This document shows positions 28,764 through 38,064 of a stretch of DNA of 50,816 bases, piece by piece (positions within the stretch are counted from its first letter, which is position 1; each line of letters opens with the position of its first letter). Source of the DNA: Spirosoma fluviale (GTDB taxonomy: Bacteria > Bacteroidota > Bacteroidia > Cytophagales > Cyclobacteriaceae); assembly GCA_945872775.1 (NCBI GenBank), contig CAMCBC010000001.1:1-50816 (forward strand). Direction: 5' to 3'. Below the pieces are notes generated by a model. That model made no database searches, was not told the DNA's origin, and worked only from the letters and a program-made list of their open reading frames with translations. Both the position numbers and the translations under genes were made by a program.

Positions 28764-28806
28764 AGAAAAATGCATCTACTAGAAAACTAAGCCAACTATT
28801 TCCTTC

Positions 28807-31242
28807 ATGAAGACCCGTCACTTTTTATTCTTAGCCATCTTTATCTACCTGCTAGGAATCAGTACGCTTGCCGCTCAATCCAACCCACCAACCTTGTTGC
28901 GCGGAACCATTACCAACCAAAAAGGAGAGCCCGTGGCATTTGCCAATGTGGCGGTACTTTCTACGGATAGCGTGCTCGTGGAAGGAGCTGTCTCAGACGA
29001 AGCAGGGAGCTTCTCCATTTCATCCACGAAGACGGCTCAGGTGAAGCTTGTGATTTCTTCTTTGGGGTACAAAACTTATACTTCCGAAGTGTTTGAGCTA
29101 AAGCAGGGTCTGGTGAAAGATTTTGGAACGCTCTTACTCGAAGATGAACTCACCGGCCTAGATGAGGTCACTGTCAATGCAACTCGTCCACAAATCATCA
29201 TTGAACCCGATAAGACCATCGTCAATGTGGAAGGCACGGTCATGGCAGAAGGGGCCAACGCCCTCGATGTATTGGGAAGATCTCCTGGGGTATTCATTAC
29301 CTCGGATGGAAGTATCAATCTGAATGGAAGAACAGGAGTTACGGTGATGATTAATGACCGGCCCATGTACATGAGTGCTGCTGATTTGACCAGCTTTTTA
29401 CGTTCCATGTCCGCGGACAACATCAAAAGTATTGAAGTCATTACTAGTCCATCCGCTCGGTTTGATGCGGAAGGAGCCGCAGGGGTGATCAACATTCAGC
29501 TCAAGAAAAATACAGTGGATGGTGTTTTTGGGAATGTGATGCTCGGAGGCCAATACAATGGAAAAGCTGCCCCTAATACCGGCCTCACACTCAATGTTAA
29601 AAAAGGAAAGTGGACTACAAACGGGACCTTCAATTACAATGAATATGTAGAAATAAATGACCTTGAAATCACTCGAAACTTTCAAGTGGAAGGAGGTAAA
29701 TCCACCTTTCTGCAAGATTCACGTATTGTCGAGCGAAGCCATACTCCGTCTTTCACTGGGGCTGCGAATTATGAATTAACTCCCACTCAGAATTTGGGAA
29801 TCAATGTCCAAGCATCCACAACCTCAAGCAATGGGATTAATGATTCGGGTACCTCCATATCCAACCCCGGACAACTCAATACGACAAGCTTCAGCTCAAT
29901 CAATGATTCTGAAGACCAGACGAGTAGGCTCTTTACCAACTTACACTATGACGCAAAGTTGGATACGCTTGGGGGGAAGATTTCAGCTGACCTAGACTTT
30001 ACAGTGATGGAATTGGCAAGTAGTGCCTTATTGAACAATTCCTATTCGAATGGATTGACTCCACCAATCCAGAGTACCGATCGCGTATTGACGCTCAACG
30101 ACATGTACTACACCATCTTGACTTCCAAGGTGGACTGGATCAAACCCCTCAAAGGAGGAAAGGTACTCGAGGCTGGGCTAAAAGGGAGCTGGGTAGAATC
30201 AGACAATAACCTAGACCTAAGCCGAGGCATCGGCGATGGGCAGCTGCAACCCGATCCCAACTCCAATCGGTTTATTTACCAAGAAAATGTATTGGCCGCC
30301 TATACTTCGTTGAAGGGAGATTTTTCTCCAAAGCTATCCTATCAGGCGGGCTTGCGGATGGAAAATTCCGACGTCACAGGAACTTCCAAGACCCTCAATC
30401 AAGTCAACAATCAAAAATATACCAACCTGTTTCCAAGCGTATTTTTACAGCACAAGATCAGCGACAGCTATCAAATAGTCTACAATGTGAACCGACGGAT
30501 CACACGACCCAATTACCGTTTGCTCAATCCGTTTGTGTATTACATCGATCCCCTCACTACTGAAAAAGGAAATCCGAGTCTGAGACCTCAGTATTCTACA
30601 AACCTTGAGATGGACCATGTCATCAAAGGAGCCTATCAGTTTACCTTGGGCTACAGCGTTACCGAGGATGCGTTTATGCAGGTCTTTGAGCAAGATGAGG
30701 AGGCGCGAAGCAGTACCACCTTCACTGCAAATTTTGACAAAACCAAGAATTTCAATTTTCAAGGTGTGGTGCCTGTTGAATTGACAAAATGGTGGAACAG
30801 CTCCAACCTCGTTCAGGTAAACTACAATAAATTCAAGTCTCTACTTGGAAAGGATATTTTGGATGTAAGCCAGGTTTCCTATCTCCTAAGAACCCAGCAT
30901 AACTTCATTCTACCCAAAGGATTCAAGTTTGAATTAGTAGGCATTTACCTCAGTCCTCAGATTTGGGGGCAAGGAGAAATTGGAGGATTTGGATGGGTGG
31001 ATGCTGGAATGACCAAATCGTTGATGAAGGACAAACTTTCCTTATCCATCAATGGGGGAGACCTTTTCCGTACCAAATGGATTCGAGCCGCCATCGATTT
31101 TTCCGACATAGACACCCAAATTCGCCAATATCGGAATGATCAGAACATACGAATCACGCTTCGCTACAACTTCTCCAAAGGAGAAAGCTTCCGCGTGAAT
31201 TCCAACTCCGGTAGTTCTGAGGAACGTAAGCGCTTGGATTAA
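28807..31242 (+). CDS. TonB-dependent receptor-like outer-membrane beta-barrel protein
   Basis: Signal peptide, carboxypeptidase-regulatory-like domain, plug motif (IEVITSPSARFDAEG..GVINI), GNPSLRP and terminal LRYNF strand. Confidence 0.9.
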   Translation: MKTRHFLFLAIFIYLLGISTLAAQSNPPTLLRGTITNQKGEPVAFANVAVLSTDSVLVEGAVSDEAGSFSISSTKTAQVKLVISSLGYKTYTSEVFELKQGLVKDFGTLLLEDELTGLDEVTVNATRPQIIIEPDKTIVNVEGTVMAEGANALDVLGRSPGVFITSDGSINLNGRTGVTVMINDRPMYMSAADLTSFLRSMSADNIKSIEVITSPSARFDAEGAAGVINIQLKKNTVDGVFGNVMLGGQYNGKAAPNTGLTLNVKKGKWTTNGTFNYNEYVEINDLEITRNFQVEGGKSTFLQDSRIVERSHTPSFTGAANYELTPTQNLGINVQASTTSSNGINDSGTSISNPGQLNTTSFSSINDSEDQTSRLFTNLHYDAKLDTLGGKISADLDFTVMELASSALLNNSYSNGLTPPIQSTDRVLTLNDMYYTILTSKVDWIKPLKGGKVLEAGLKGSWVESDNNLDLSRGIGDGQLQPDPNSNRFIYQENVLAAYTSLKGDFSPKLSYQAGLRMENSDVTGTSKTLNQVNNQKYTNLFPSVFLQHKISDSYQIVYNVNRRITRPNYRLLNPFVYYIDPLTTEKGNPSLRPQYSTNLEMDHVIKGAYQFTLGYSVTEDAFMQVFEQDEEARSSTTFTANFDKTKNFNFQGVVPVELTKWWNSSNLVQVNYNKFKSLLGKDILDVSQVSYLLRTQHNFILPKGFKFELVGIYLSPQIWGQGEIGGFGWVDAGMTKSLMKDKLSLSINGGDLFRTKWIRAAIDFSDIDTQIRQYRNDQNIRITLRYNFSKGESFRVNSNSGSSEERKRLD

Positions 31243-31264
31243 GAGTAGTTTGTTGATGTGTACC

Positions 31265-31302
31265 TGCCCCCAAAAAAGCACGACTTGTTGGGGGCATTTT
31301 TT
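31265..31302 (+). terminator. Intrinsic terminator
   Basis: TGCCCCCAA...TTGGGGGCA followed by TTTTTT. Confidence 0.75.
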
Positions 31303-31357
31303 GTATTGAAGGGGAAGACACCATTTTTTCACAACGCTATTTTTTCGACCTTCGGAA

Positions 31358-32005
31358 ATGCATTGTTGGGATTTCCATACACATCTCGAAGGTCAGCCCT
31401 ATTCCATCTTCCAGGCAGGAGGGACCAAAATAGAGGCAGGTATTCCCGTTTCTGTAGGGATTCATCCTTGGGAAGTTGCTCCCGATTGGGAGGCTGCTTT
31501 TGAAAAAATCAAACTTGCCGCAGTCCAGAATCCAGGAGTCTTGGCGATTGGAGAGGCGGGGTTCGACCGCCTAAAAGGCCCTGATATTTCCCTTCAAAAA
31601 GCTGCCTTTTATGCCCAAGCAAACTTGGCTTCTCATCTGGAAATCCCCCTGATTTTGCATTGTGTCAAGGGACATGACCTGCTGATGGAATACCTGAAAT
31701 CAACGAAGAATCCCCCTGCTATCCTCTGGCATGGTTGGAATCAAAAGCCTGAGTTGGGAAGGCAACTGCTCCCCTTTCCTGTGTTTTTTTCTTTTGGGAA
31801 GCAGTTGCTCCAGCCTGGCAGCAATGCCGCTCATTGGCTATCGGCATGTCCTTCCGATCGCGTATTTTTTGAAACCGATGATTCAGCACTGGAAATTGCT
31901 GCGATTTATCAAGCCGCTTCCCTAATTTTACAGCTTCCCGAGGCAGTGCTAGCGGAGCGCGTGATTGCCAACTGGAATGCCATTTCCAATAGAAAAATCT
32001 CATGA
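31358..32005 (+). CDS. TatD family hydrolase
   Basis: DFHTH, GIHPW, AIGEAGFD, ILHCV, WHG and FETD motifs. Confidence 0.9.
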   Translation: MHCWDFHTHLEGQPYSIFQAGGTKIEAGIPVSVGIHPWEVAPDWEAAFEKIKLAAVQNPGVLAIGEAGFDRLKGPDISLQKAAFYAQANLASHLEIPLILHCVKGHDLLMEYLKSTKNPPAILWHGWNQKPELGRQLLPFPVFFSFGKQLLQPGSNAAHWLSACPSDRVFFETDDSALEIAAIYQAASLILQLPEAVLAERVIANWNAISNRKIS

Positions 32006-32727
32006 ATGAATTTGCCTGGCTGAGCCGGACCGAGTTGATCGTAGGGCGTGAAGGCCTTGAAAAATTAGCCTCCAAACATGTCCTCGTAGTAGGACTTGGA
32101 GGTGTAGGCTCTTTTGCCGCCGAGTTTATTGCTCGCTCAGGCGTAGGGGCAATGACGATTATTGATGGAGACACCGTGGATATTTCCAATGTCAATCGAC
32201 AGCTACCAGCCACCCAACTCAATGTGGGTCAAGCGAAGGCAGGTTGGATGGAAGAGCGTTTGCTGGCCATCAATCCAAAACTCAAGTTACAGGCGATCAA
32301 GAAATTTTTGGATCCTTCTCAGATGACTGAGCTTTTGGAAGCCAACCACTACGATTATGTGGTGGATTGCATCGATAGTTTCACTCCAAAAATGCATCTG
32401 ATTGAAGGAGCCAAGAACCGTGGATTTCCTTTGGTAAGTTCCATGGGGGCTGGAGGCAAGGTAGATCCTACCCAAATCAAAGTAGTTGACTTTGAGGATA
32501 CCCATCAGTGTAAGCTGGCGAAGATGCTGCGAAAGCGACTGAAAAGAAGAGGAATTGAAGGTGGGTTTAAGGCAGTATTTTCCACCGAGGTAGTGATTAA
32601 AGAAAGCCTCATGCTCACCGACGGTAAAAACTTCAAAAAATCGGCCTACGGAACCATGTCTTTTCTCCCTGCAGCATTTGGCTGTGCCTGCGCTGCCACG
32701 GTAGTCAACGATTTATTAGCTTCCTGA
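32002..32727 (+). CDS. tcdA: tRNA threonylcarbamoyladenosine dehydratase (ThiF family)
   Basis: VVGLGGVGS, SNVNRQ, DCIDS, SSMGAGGK and VFSTE motifs. Confidence 0.9.
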   Translation: MNEFAWLSRTELIVGREGLEKLASKHVLVVGLGGVGSFAAEFIARSGVGAMTIIDGDTVDISNVNRQLPATQLNVGQAKAGWMEERLLAINPKLKLQAIKKFLDPSQMTELLEANHYDYVVDCIDSFTPKMHLIEGAKNRGFPLVSSMGAGGKVDPTQIKVVDFEDTHQCKLAKMLRKRLKRRGIEGGFKAVFSTEVVIKESLMLTDGKNFKKSAYGTMSFLPAAFGCACAATVVNDLLAS

Positions 32728-33195
32728 TACTGGGTTAAAATGGTACAAGAAGATAAGTAGCCCTACAAATGCAGGTTTCTTTTGATCCTTGATTTCTAGG
32801 GTCACCTCTACTTCTGCCTTGATGGTGCCGCGAAGGTTGCTGATGTTTTTAAGACCCGCCACCAAGCGCACTTCGCTGTCCACGGTGACGGCTTGGGCAA
32901 ATCGAAGATTTTCGATCCCGTAATTGATCATCATTTTCAGGTTATTGACCTGCACGATTTGTTCCCAAAGGTAGGGTACGATGCTCAGGGTCAAGTACCC
33001 ATGGGCAATGGTATTCCCAAAAGTTCCTTCTGCCTTGGCGCGTACTGGGTCGGTATGAATCCATTGGTGATCTAGGGTTGCCTCGGCAAAGCGATTGATT
33101 TGCTGCTGGGTGATCTGAAAATAGTCCGAGGCCCCGAGTTCTTTGCCTAAATAGGATTCAAATTCTTCAAAGCTGCCAATAGCGATAGGGGACAT
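32716..33195 (-). CDS. MaoC family dehydratase
   Basis: FAEATLDHQWIH, TIAHGYLTLS and NYG motifs. Confidence 0.92.
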   Translation of the reverse strand: MSPIAIGSFEEFESYLGKELGASDYFQITQQQINRFAEATLDHQWIHTDPVRAKAEGTFGNTIAHGYLTLSIVPYLWEQIVQVNNLKMMINYGIENLRFAQAVTVDSEVRLVAGLKNISNLRGTIKAEVEVTLEIKDQKKPAFVGLLIFLYHFNPVSGS

Positions 33196-33321
33196 AGGAG
33201 GGGAGGTTTAAGAGATAAGGAATTCGAAAATAGGAAAAAGTAGGGAAGCGAATTTTTCAATGGGTAAAAAAGTTTCATCTTCGTTCTTTAAAGTATCGCT
33301 ACCCTACTTTATTTTTTGTCA

Positions 33322-34116
33322 ATGGCAAACTATGTGCATGGTTTTGATCCAGAAGAGCAGCTTCGATTGCAAGCTCAGGCAGGGATTTTAGCCCCCATGG
33401 TGTACCGTGAGATTGACTTCAGTGGTTGCCAAAACCTTTTGGAAGTAGGCTCTGGAGTGGGGGCACAAACGCGGATACTTTTGGAAAGATTTCCACAGCT
33501 AAGGATTACCTGTGTAGATTCTTCTGCGGTTCAATTGGCTCAAGCGCGGATCAATTTGGCTTCTTTTGGGGATCGGGTGCGTTTTGTGGAGCAGGACGGC
33601 TGCAGCCTCAGCCTTTCCGAAAGCTTTGATGCGGCATTTCTTTGTTGGACTTTGGAGCATGTTTCTTCACCAATTCAACTTTTGGTCAAGCTCAAGCTAC
33701 ATCTTCAGCCAGGTGCTCGTGTTTATGTGACCGAAGTGTTTAATTCCAGTTTGTATACCTCTCCTGGATTTCCCCATTTTAAACATTATTTTGAGGTGAT
33801 GAGCTCCTTTCAGCGGAAAATTGGAGGGAATCCTGATGTGGGAATTGAATTGGGGAATCTGCTCACGGAGGCTGGATTTGCTACTTGCACTACCCGCTTT
33901 GATGGATTTTACCTGGACCAGCGAAGTGGGGATTCTCGCAAAATCTTTACCGCTTACTGGATTGAATTACTTAAAAGCGCGGCTCCTGCACTCTTGGAAT
34001 CCGGAGACTGTTCTTTTCAGGCACTAAAGTTGATGGAAGAAGATTTAGAAAAAATTGGCAATGACCAAAATGCCATTTTTTTCTATCAATTTGTACAAGC
34101 AAAAGCCACCCTTTAA
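33322..34116 (+). CDS. Class I SAM-dependent methyltransferase
   Basis: LEVGSGVG and FDAAFLCWTLEH motifs. ATG at 33322. Confidence 0.88.
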   Translation: MANYVHGFDPEEQLRLQAQAGILAPMVYREIDFSGCQNLLEVGSGVGAQTRILLERFPQLRITCVDSSAVQLAQARINLASFGDRVRFVEQDGCSLSLSESFDAAFLCWTLEHVSSPIQLLVKLKLHLQPGARVYVTEVFNSSLYTSPGFPHFKHYFEVMSSFQRKIGGNPDVGIELGNLLTEAGFATCTTRFDGFYLDQRSGDSRKIFTAYWIELLKSAAPALLESGDCSFQALKLMEEDLEKIGNDQNAIFFYQFVQAKATL

Positions 34117-34125
34117 TTCGTATAG

Positions 34126-34821
34126 ATGAAAGCGATTCGTTGGATTGGAAAATTAATCTGGAAGACCTCCCTATGGTTTCTAGGACTTTCGATAGGGTTA
34201 GTCATTTTATACCGATTTGTGCCGGTGCCCATTACGCCCTTGATGGTGATTCGATTGGTGGAACAGGCAATTGATCCAGAGAAAGAGGTGCGCCTAGTGA
34301 AGGATTGGGTTCCTATCTCAGAGATGTCAAGGCATGCCCCTCAAGCAGTAGTAGGTGCGGAGGACCAGACCTTTATGAAGCATAATGGATTTGATTTCAA
34401 ATCGTTAAAGAAAGCTTGGGAGGGAAATAAAAAGAATAAGCGCGTGAAAGGGGCGAGTACCATTACGCAGCAAACCGCAAAAAACGTATTTCTATGGCCC
34501 TCAAGAAGTTATGTGCGGAAAGTGTTTGAGGCCTATTTCACTGTCTTGATTGAGATTTTTTGGTCCAAAGAACGGATCCTTGAAGTGTACCTCAACGTCA
34601 TTGAGATGGGCGATGGGATCTACGGGATTGAAGCAGCTTCTCAAACCTTTTTTGATAAAAGTTCATCCAAGCTCTCAAAGGGGCAGGCCGCATTGATTGC
34701 AGCGGTATTGCCCAATCCTAGGCGCTGGAGTCCTGCAAGACCTACTTCCTACATCAAGGGAAGGCAAGGATGGATCATGAGGCAGATGAGCAACCTCTCG
34801 CCTACAGGCTTTGGGAAATAA
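34126..34821 (+). CDS. mtgA: Monofunctional peptidoglycan transglycosylase
   Basis: AEDQTF.HNGFD, GASTITQQTAKN, RK..E and KERILEVYLN motifs (GT51). Confidence 0.95.
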   Translation: MKAIRWIGKLIWKTSLWFLGLSIGLVILYRFVPVPITPLMVIRLVEQAIDPEKEVRLVKDWVPISEMSRHAPQAVVGAEDQTFMKHNGFDFKSLKKAWEGNKKNKRVKGASTITQQTAKNVFLWPSRSYVRKVFEAYFTVLIEIFWSKERILEVYLNVIEMGDGIYGIEAASQTFFDKSSSKLSKGQAALIAAVLPNPRRWSPARPTSYIKGRQGWIMRQMSNLSPTGFGK

Positions 34822-35059
34822 ATTTGAAGATTAAATGTTAAAATATAAAAAAATCGGGAAGTGATTTTTCTGAGCTTTTTTATAGTTTCTAGATGAGAAT
34901 CTGGAAGCTTTGTAAAGCTCTTGTTTCCAAATATTGTATGGTATTCAAGTAAACTTACGGCAATAAAGCCCCAAACATTGCTAGAGTTTTGGGTTTTATT
35001 TTTTGGCAAAAACACCTCATTTTTTCCAAATTTGGCAGGTTAAAAAATGCAAGAAAAAT

Positions 35060-35217
35060 TTATCCACAATTTCAATTATTTATCCACAATAACATTTAGA
35101 TAATATATAAATAATTGATAATCAGTTTATTATATCAAAAATCAAAAAGGCATTTTTGTGGATAATTTTAGTCAACTCTTTAAAAATAAGGAAGTTAAAT
35201 TTCAAAAAAGTGGATAA
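35060..35217. other. DnaA-box cluster; candidate chromosomal replication origin (oriC)
   Basis: TTATCCACA at 35060-68 and 35080-88, TGTGGATAA at 35157-65, and AGTGGATAA (1 mismatch) at 35209-17. Two WATCARnnnnTTR sites at 35108-32. Lies in an AT-rich 657-bp spacer between convergent genes. Confidence 0.7.
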
Positions 35218-35478
35218 ATAAAAATTCAAAATTTTCTACTAAGAGCTCTGTATCTGTTCCATTTATTTCTGCAATTTTTTGCCAAAGACATAGAAGATTT
35301 TTGGCTTGGAAACAAGTCCCAAATAGTGGTTATTTTTCATTAAAAGAAGATTCCAATTTCCAGAGCGTCCAAACCTTTTCATTGCCGATTGCATATTTTC
35401 CGTTGAAAATAGAATTTCTCGGGGATGGTGCATGTGATGTCCCACTCGGATGCTTTTTTGCTTTTAGTAGGATAGGAT

Positions 35479-36417
35479 TTAAGGCTTCTCAAGAAGTGCT
35501 TTATCCAATGCCAGCAGTGATTTCAAGATCAAGCGAACAGTCGCTTGATAGAAGTCAGGATGGATTCCTGCAAAGGAATCGCTTGGCTGATGGTAATCCA
35601 CATGATCCTCCACTCCGAAATACAAGTGAGGGACTTTCTTTTCAAAAAAGGCACCATGGTCGGAAGATCTAGTCCAATCCTCCGCTCCCGTGCCCGGTGT
35701 ATCGTGGCCAAAGCGGAGGGTTGAACCTGCCTCGCCTGGAATTTTTTCCAAGATAGTTTTGAACTGGGGGTAGTAGTGGGTTCCTGAAACAAACACTTCT
35801 TTCGCTTCGCTTCGCGAAAGCATGTCCATATTTACATTAAGCAGGATTTGCTCTAAAGGAAAGGGGAAATCATTTACCAAGGCTTTTGCGCCCTGAAGCC
35901 CCATCTCCTCTGCATCCAAGGCGGCAAATAACATGCCGTGCTGGGGACGATTTTTTGAAAAATATTCGGCTAAAACCAACAAGGCCGCAGTGCCCGAGGC
36001 ATTATCATCGGTTCCATTGTAAATTGAATCACCCGCTGCATTCGGTCTTCCAATGCCTACATGATCGTAATGGGCTGTGACTACAATCACTTTTTTGGAG
36101 GATTTTCCAGGAATAAACCCCACAATATTGGTGGCATCCACCAGCATTTTTTTTGTTCTTCGGTTTTCAAACGAGAATTTTTGAATATAATCTGGATAAA
36201 GGGATTCGACCAAGTTCAAGCCAGTAAGCTCTTTTAAGATGTACTTTTGAGCCATGTTGCTGCCTTTACTTAGGGGGCTTCTTCCCTCGAGTGCATCCGA
36301 GGATAAGTATTCCAAATGACCTAGAAGTTTCTTGCCATCAATTTCTTGGGCAAATGTGCCCGTAAAGGAGGCGAGAACTAAAATTATTGTAACTAATTTG
36401 CGTTGTAGGAAATGCAT
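35479..36417 (-). CDS. M28 family peptidase, exported
   Basis: Signal peptide; TAHYDH, GTDDNASG, AEEMGL, NMDM, SDH and DYHQPSD motifs. Confidence 0.93.
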   Translation of the reverse strand: MHFLQRKLVTIILVLASFTGTFAQEIDGKKLLGHLEYLSSDALEGRSPLSKGSNMAQKYILKELTGLNLVESLYPDYIQKFSFENRRTKKMLVDATNIVGFIPGKSSKKVIVVTAHYDHVGIGRPNAAGDSIYNGTDDNASGTAALLVLAEYFSKNRPQHGMLFAALDAEEMGLQGAKALVNDFPFPLEQILLNVNMDMLSRSEAKEVFVSGTHYYPQFKTILEKIPGEAGSTLRFGHDTPGTGAEDWTRSSDHGAFFEKKVPHLYFGVEDHVDYHQPSDSFAGIHPDFYQATVRLILKSLLALDKALLEKP

Positions 36418-36484
36418 CAGAAAAAGGATTGGTGAACTACTGCTGTAAAAATACAGACCTTGAGTTCAATCCCTCAGAAATTTT

Positions 36485-37468
36485 ATGAAATATAGCTACG
36501 CACTGCTTTTTTTTCTTTTGGTATCCACCTTTGCCCAGGGGCAGGGCATTCCTCCTACATTCTTTGCCGGCAAATCCATCATTTTGGTATCGAATGATCC
36601 TGGCGCGAAGCCTGCAATCACTTGGCAGGCACTAGCAGACAGTATCCACCCCTTCTTGGTACGTGCTGGAGGAGATCCAGTGGGGTATTATGAACTCGAA
36701 CAGGTAGCCTTGTCCACTGCGCTACAAGCGGAATATGCCAAGGCCTTTTTGCAAAGACAAGTCCAAAATGTGGTATTGATCACCCGCCAGAAAACCCAAC
36801 TAAGCATTCATGTGGGCAAATTTTCGGGAGAGGGGAAAATCATTGAAAACACTTCCCTTTTTGAAATTTCTGGAAAGGATTTGAAAACCGTTGGGCAGCA
36901 GTTTGCAGGGATTGGAACTGCAGTCCCAACTAAAAATTTGCTAGTTGCTGACTTGGCAGAGTTTCCCACTTTAGGCACGCAGTCCATTGCTGCCAATTCT
37001 CAGAAGTGGATTTCAAGAAATCCGCTAAACTTGGACGTCTTTCGTCTTGGAATTCCACTTGAAGGAACTTCTGCCATCAATGGTCCGATCAACTACTATC
37101 GTTATGAGGTCTATGGGAAATCCCCTGAAACCCTGCTTGCCGAGCAAACCGCTCAAAAAAGTGGGCTTGAGGAAATTTTTTCAAGCAAATATCCCCATGA
37201 GGTGGCCTGGCTGGTCGAAACGAAGACCAACCAAGAGTTGCTAGCAGACCGCATTCAATTTTTACTCGTTAAGGTAGAAGGCAGACAAGCTGACCTGATG
37301 AAAAGCATGGGGCTTGAACCCATAACAGGAGAAGAAGGGGCTAAAACGGTGGTGAAATATTACATCCGCTTTCTAGTTCGTGAGGAGCTTTATCTTGGGC
37401 CCACCTGGGACGCTCACCCGGATTGGAAGGTTTCCCTCAATCAATTTTTGGATAACCTGAAAAAATAG
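36485..37468 (+). CDS. Hypothetical exported protein
   Basis: Sec signal peptide ending in AQG; 327 aa; no recognisable motif. Confidence 0.75.
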   Translation: MKYSYALLFFLLVSTFAQGQGIPPTFFAGKSIILVSNDPGAKPAITWQALADSIHPFLVRAGGDPVGYYELEQVALSTALQAEYAKAFLQRQVQNVVLITRQKTQLSIHVGKFSGEGKIIENTSLFEISGKDLKTVGQQFAGIGTAVPTKNLLVADLAEFPTLGTQSIAANSQKWISRNPLNLDVFRLGIPLEGTSAINGPINYYRYEVYGKSPETLLAEQTAQKSGLEEIFSSKYPHEVAWLVETKTNQELLADRIQFLLVKVEGRQADLMKSMGLEPITGEEGAKTVVKYYIRFLVREELYLGPTWDAHPDWKVSLNQFLDNLKK

Positions 37469-37493
37469 CAGCAATTTTTAGCAGCTAAGGGTA

Positions 37494-38060
37494 CTAGTCC
37501 GCGGGATACAAGGATTCATTCAGAAAAGGAATCAATGCCAGCACCATGGCCTGTTGGTAATACGCTTCTCGTGTGATGAGTCCATGTGTGAGTAACCCCA
37601 CGGATCCTCCCTGTTGCTTGGAGTTTTGTGCTTGAAATACCAAATCATCCGCATGGCCCAGTTCCATCCCCTCCCGAATCAAGGCGACTACGGGTGGAGG
37701 TAAGTAAAAAGTACCAGTCTTGGATTGGCTGGATTTGCCTGAGCGATGCAGGAGGTAAATCCAAGCAAAGGCATACATGCCCTGTGAATCCTCATCCACA
37801 CCGCCTTCAATTCCGACCCAATAGTCTGCTTGGGGAACAAGGATTTTGGCATGATTCGCCCGATTGCGAGCTCCGAGAAAGGTTTCCTCCTCAGATCGCG
37901 GCTGCGCTGGGATATCAGATTGGGCGTCAACACCCTCCACCAACCCAATTTTTCCAAAGGCTTGTGAAAAGGCCTCTCTGACACAGCCTACTTTAACCGG
38001 GTTTTTGCTACCCACGATCACTCGTAGGAGAGCAGGGTCATTTTCTGGCACTGTGGTCAA
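37494..38060 (-). CDS. yjjX: Inosine/xanthosine triphosphatase (non-canonical purine NTPase)
   Basis: VGSKNPVK, GARNRA, GIEGG, ELG and GSVGLLT motifs. TTG start. Confidence 0.9.
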   Translation of the reverse strand: MTTVPENDPALLRVIVGSKNPVKVGCVREAFSQAFGKIGLVEGVDAQSDIPAQPRSEEETFLGARNRANHAKILVPQADYWVGIEGGVDEDSQGMYAFAWIYLLHRSGKSSQSKTGTFYLPPPVVALIREGMELGHADDLVFQAQNSKQQGGSVGLLTHGLITREAYYQQAMVLALIPFLNESLYPAD

Positions 38061-38064
38061 GGCC

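Noticed and set aside
33196-33206. GGAGGGGAGG Shine-Dalgarno-like run
   Set aside because: It is on the wrong strand for the MaoC gene and more than 100 bp from the next plus-strand start. Bacteroidota rarely use SD sequences.
34749-35672. Short ORFs (88, 60 and 123 aa) in and around the candidate origin
   Set aside because: They have non-ATG starts or low-complexity AT-driven composition, and two overlap real genes antisense. They are best explained as chance ORFs.
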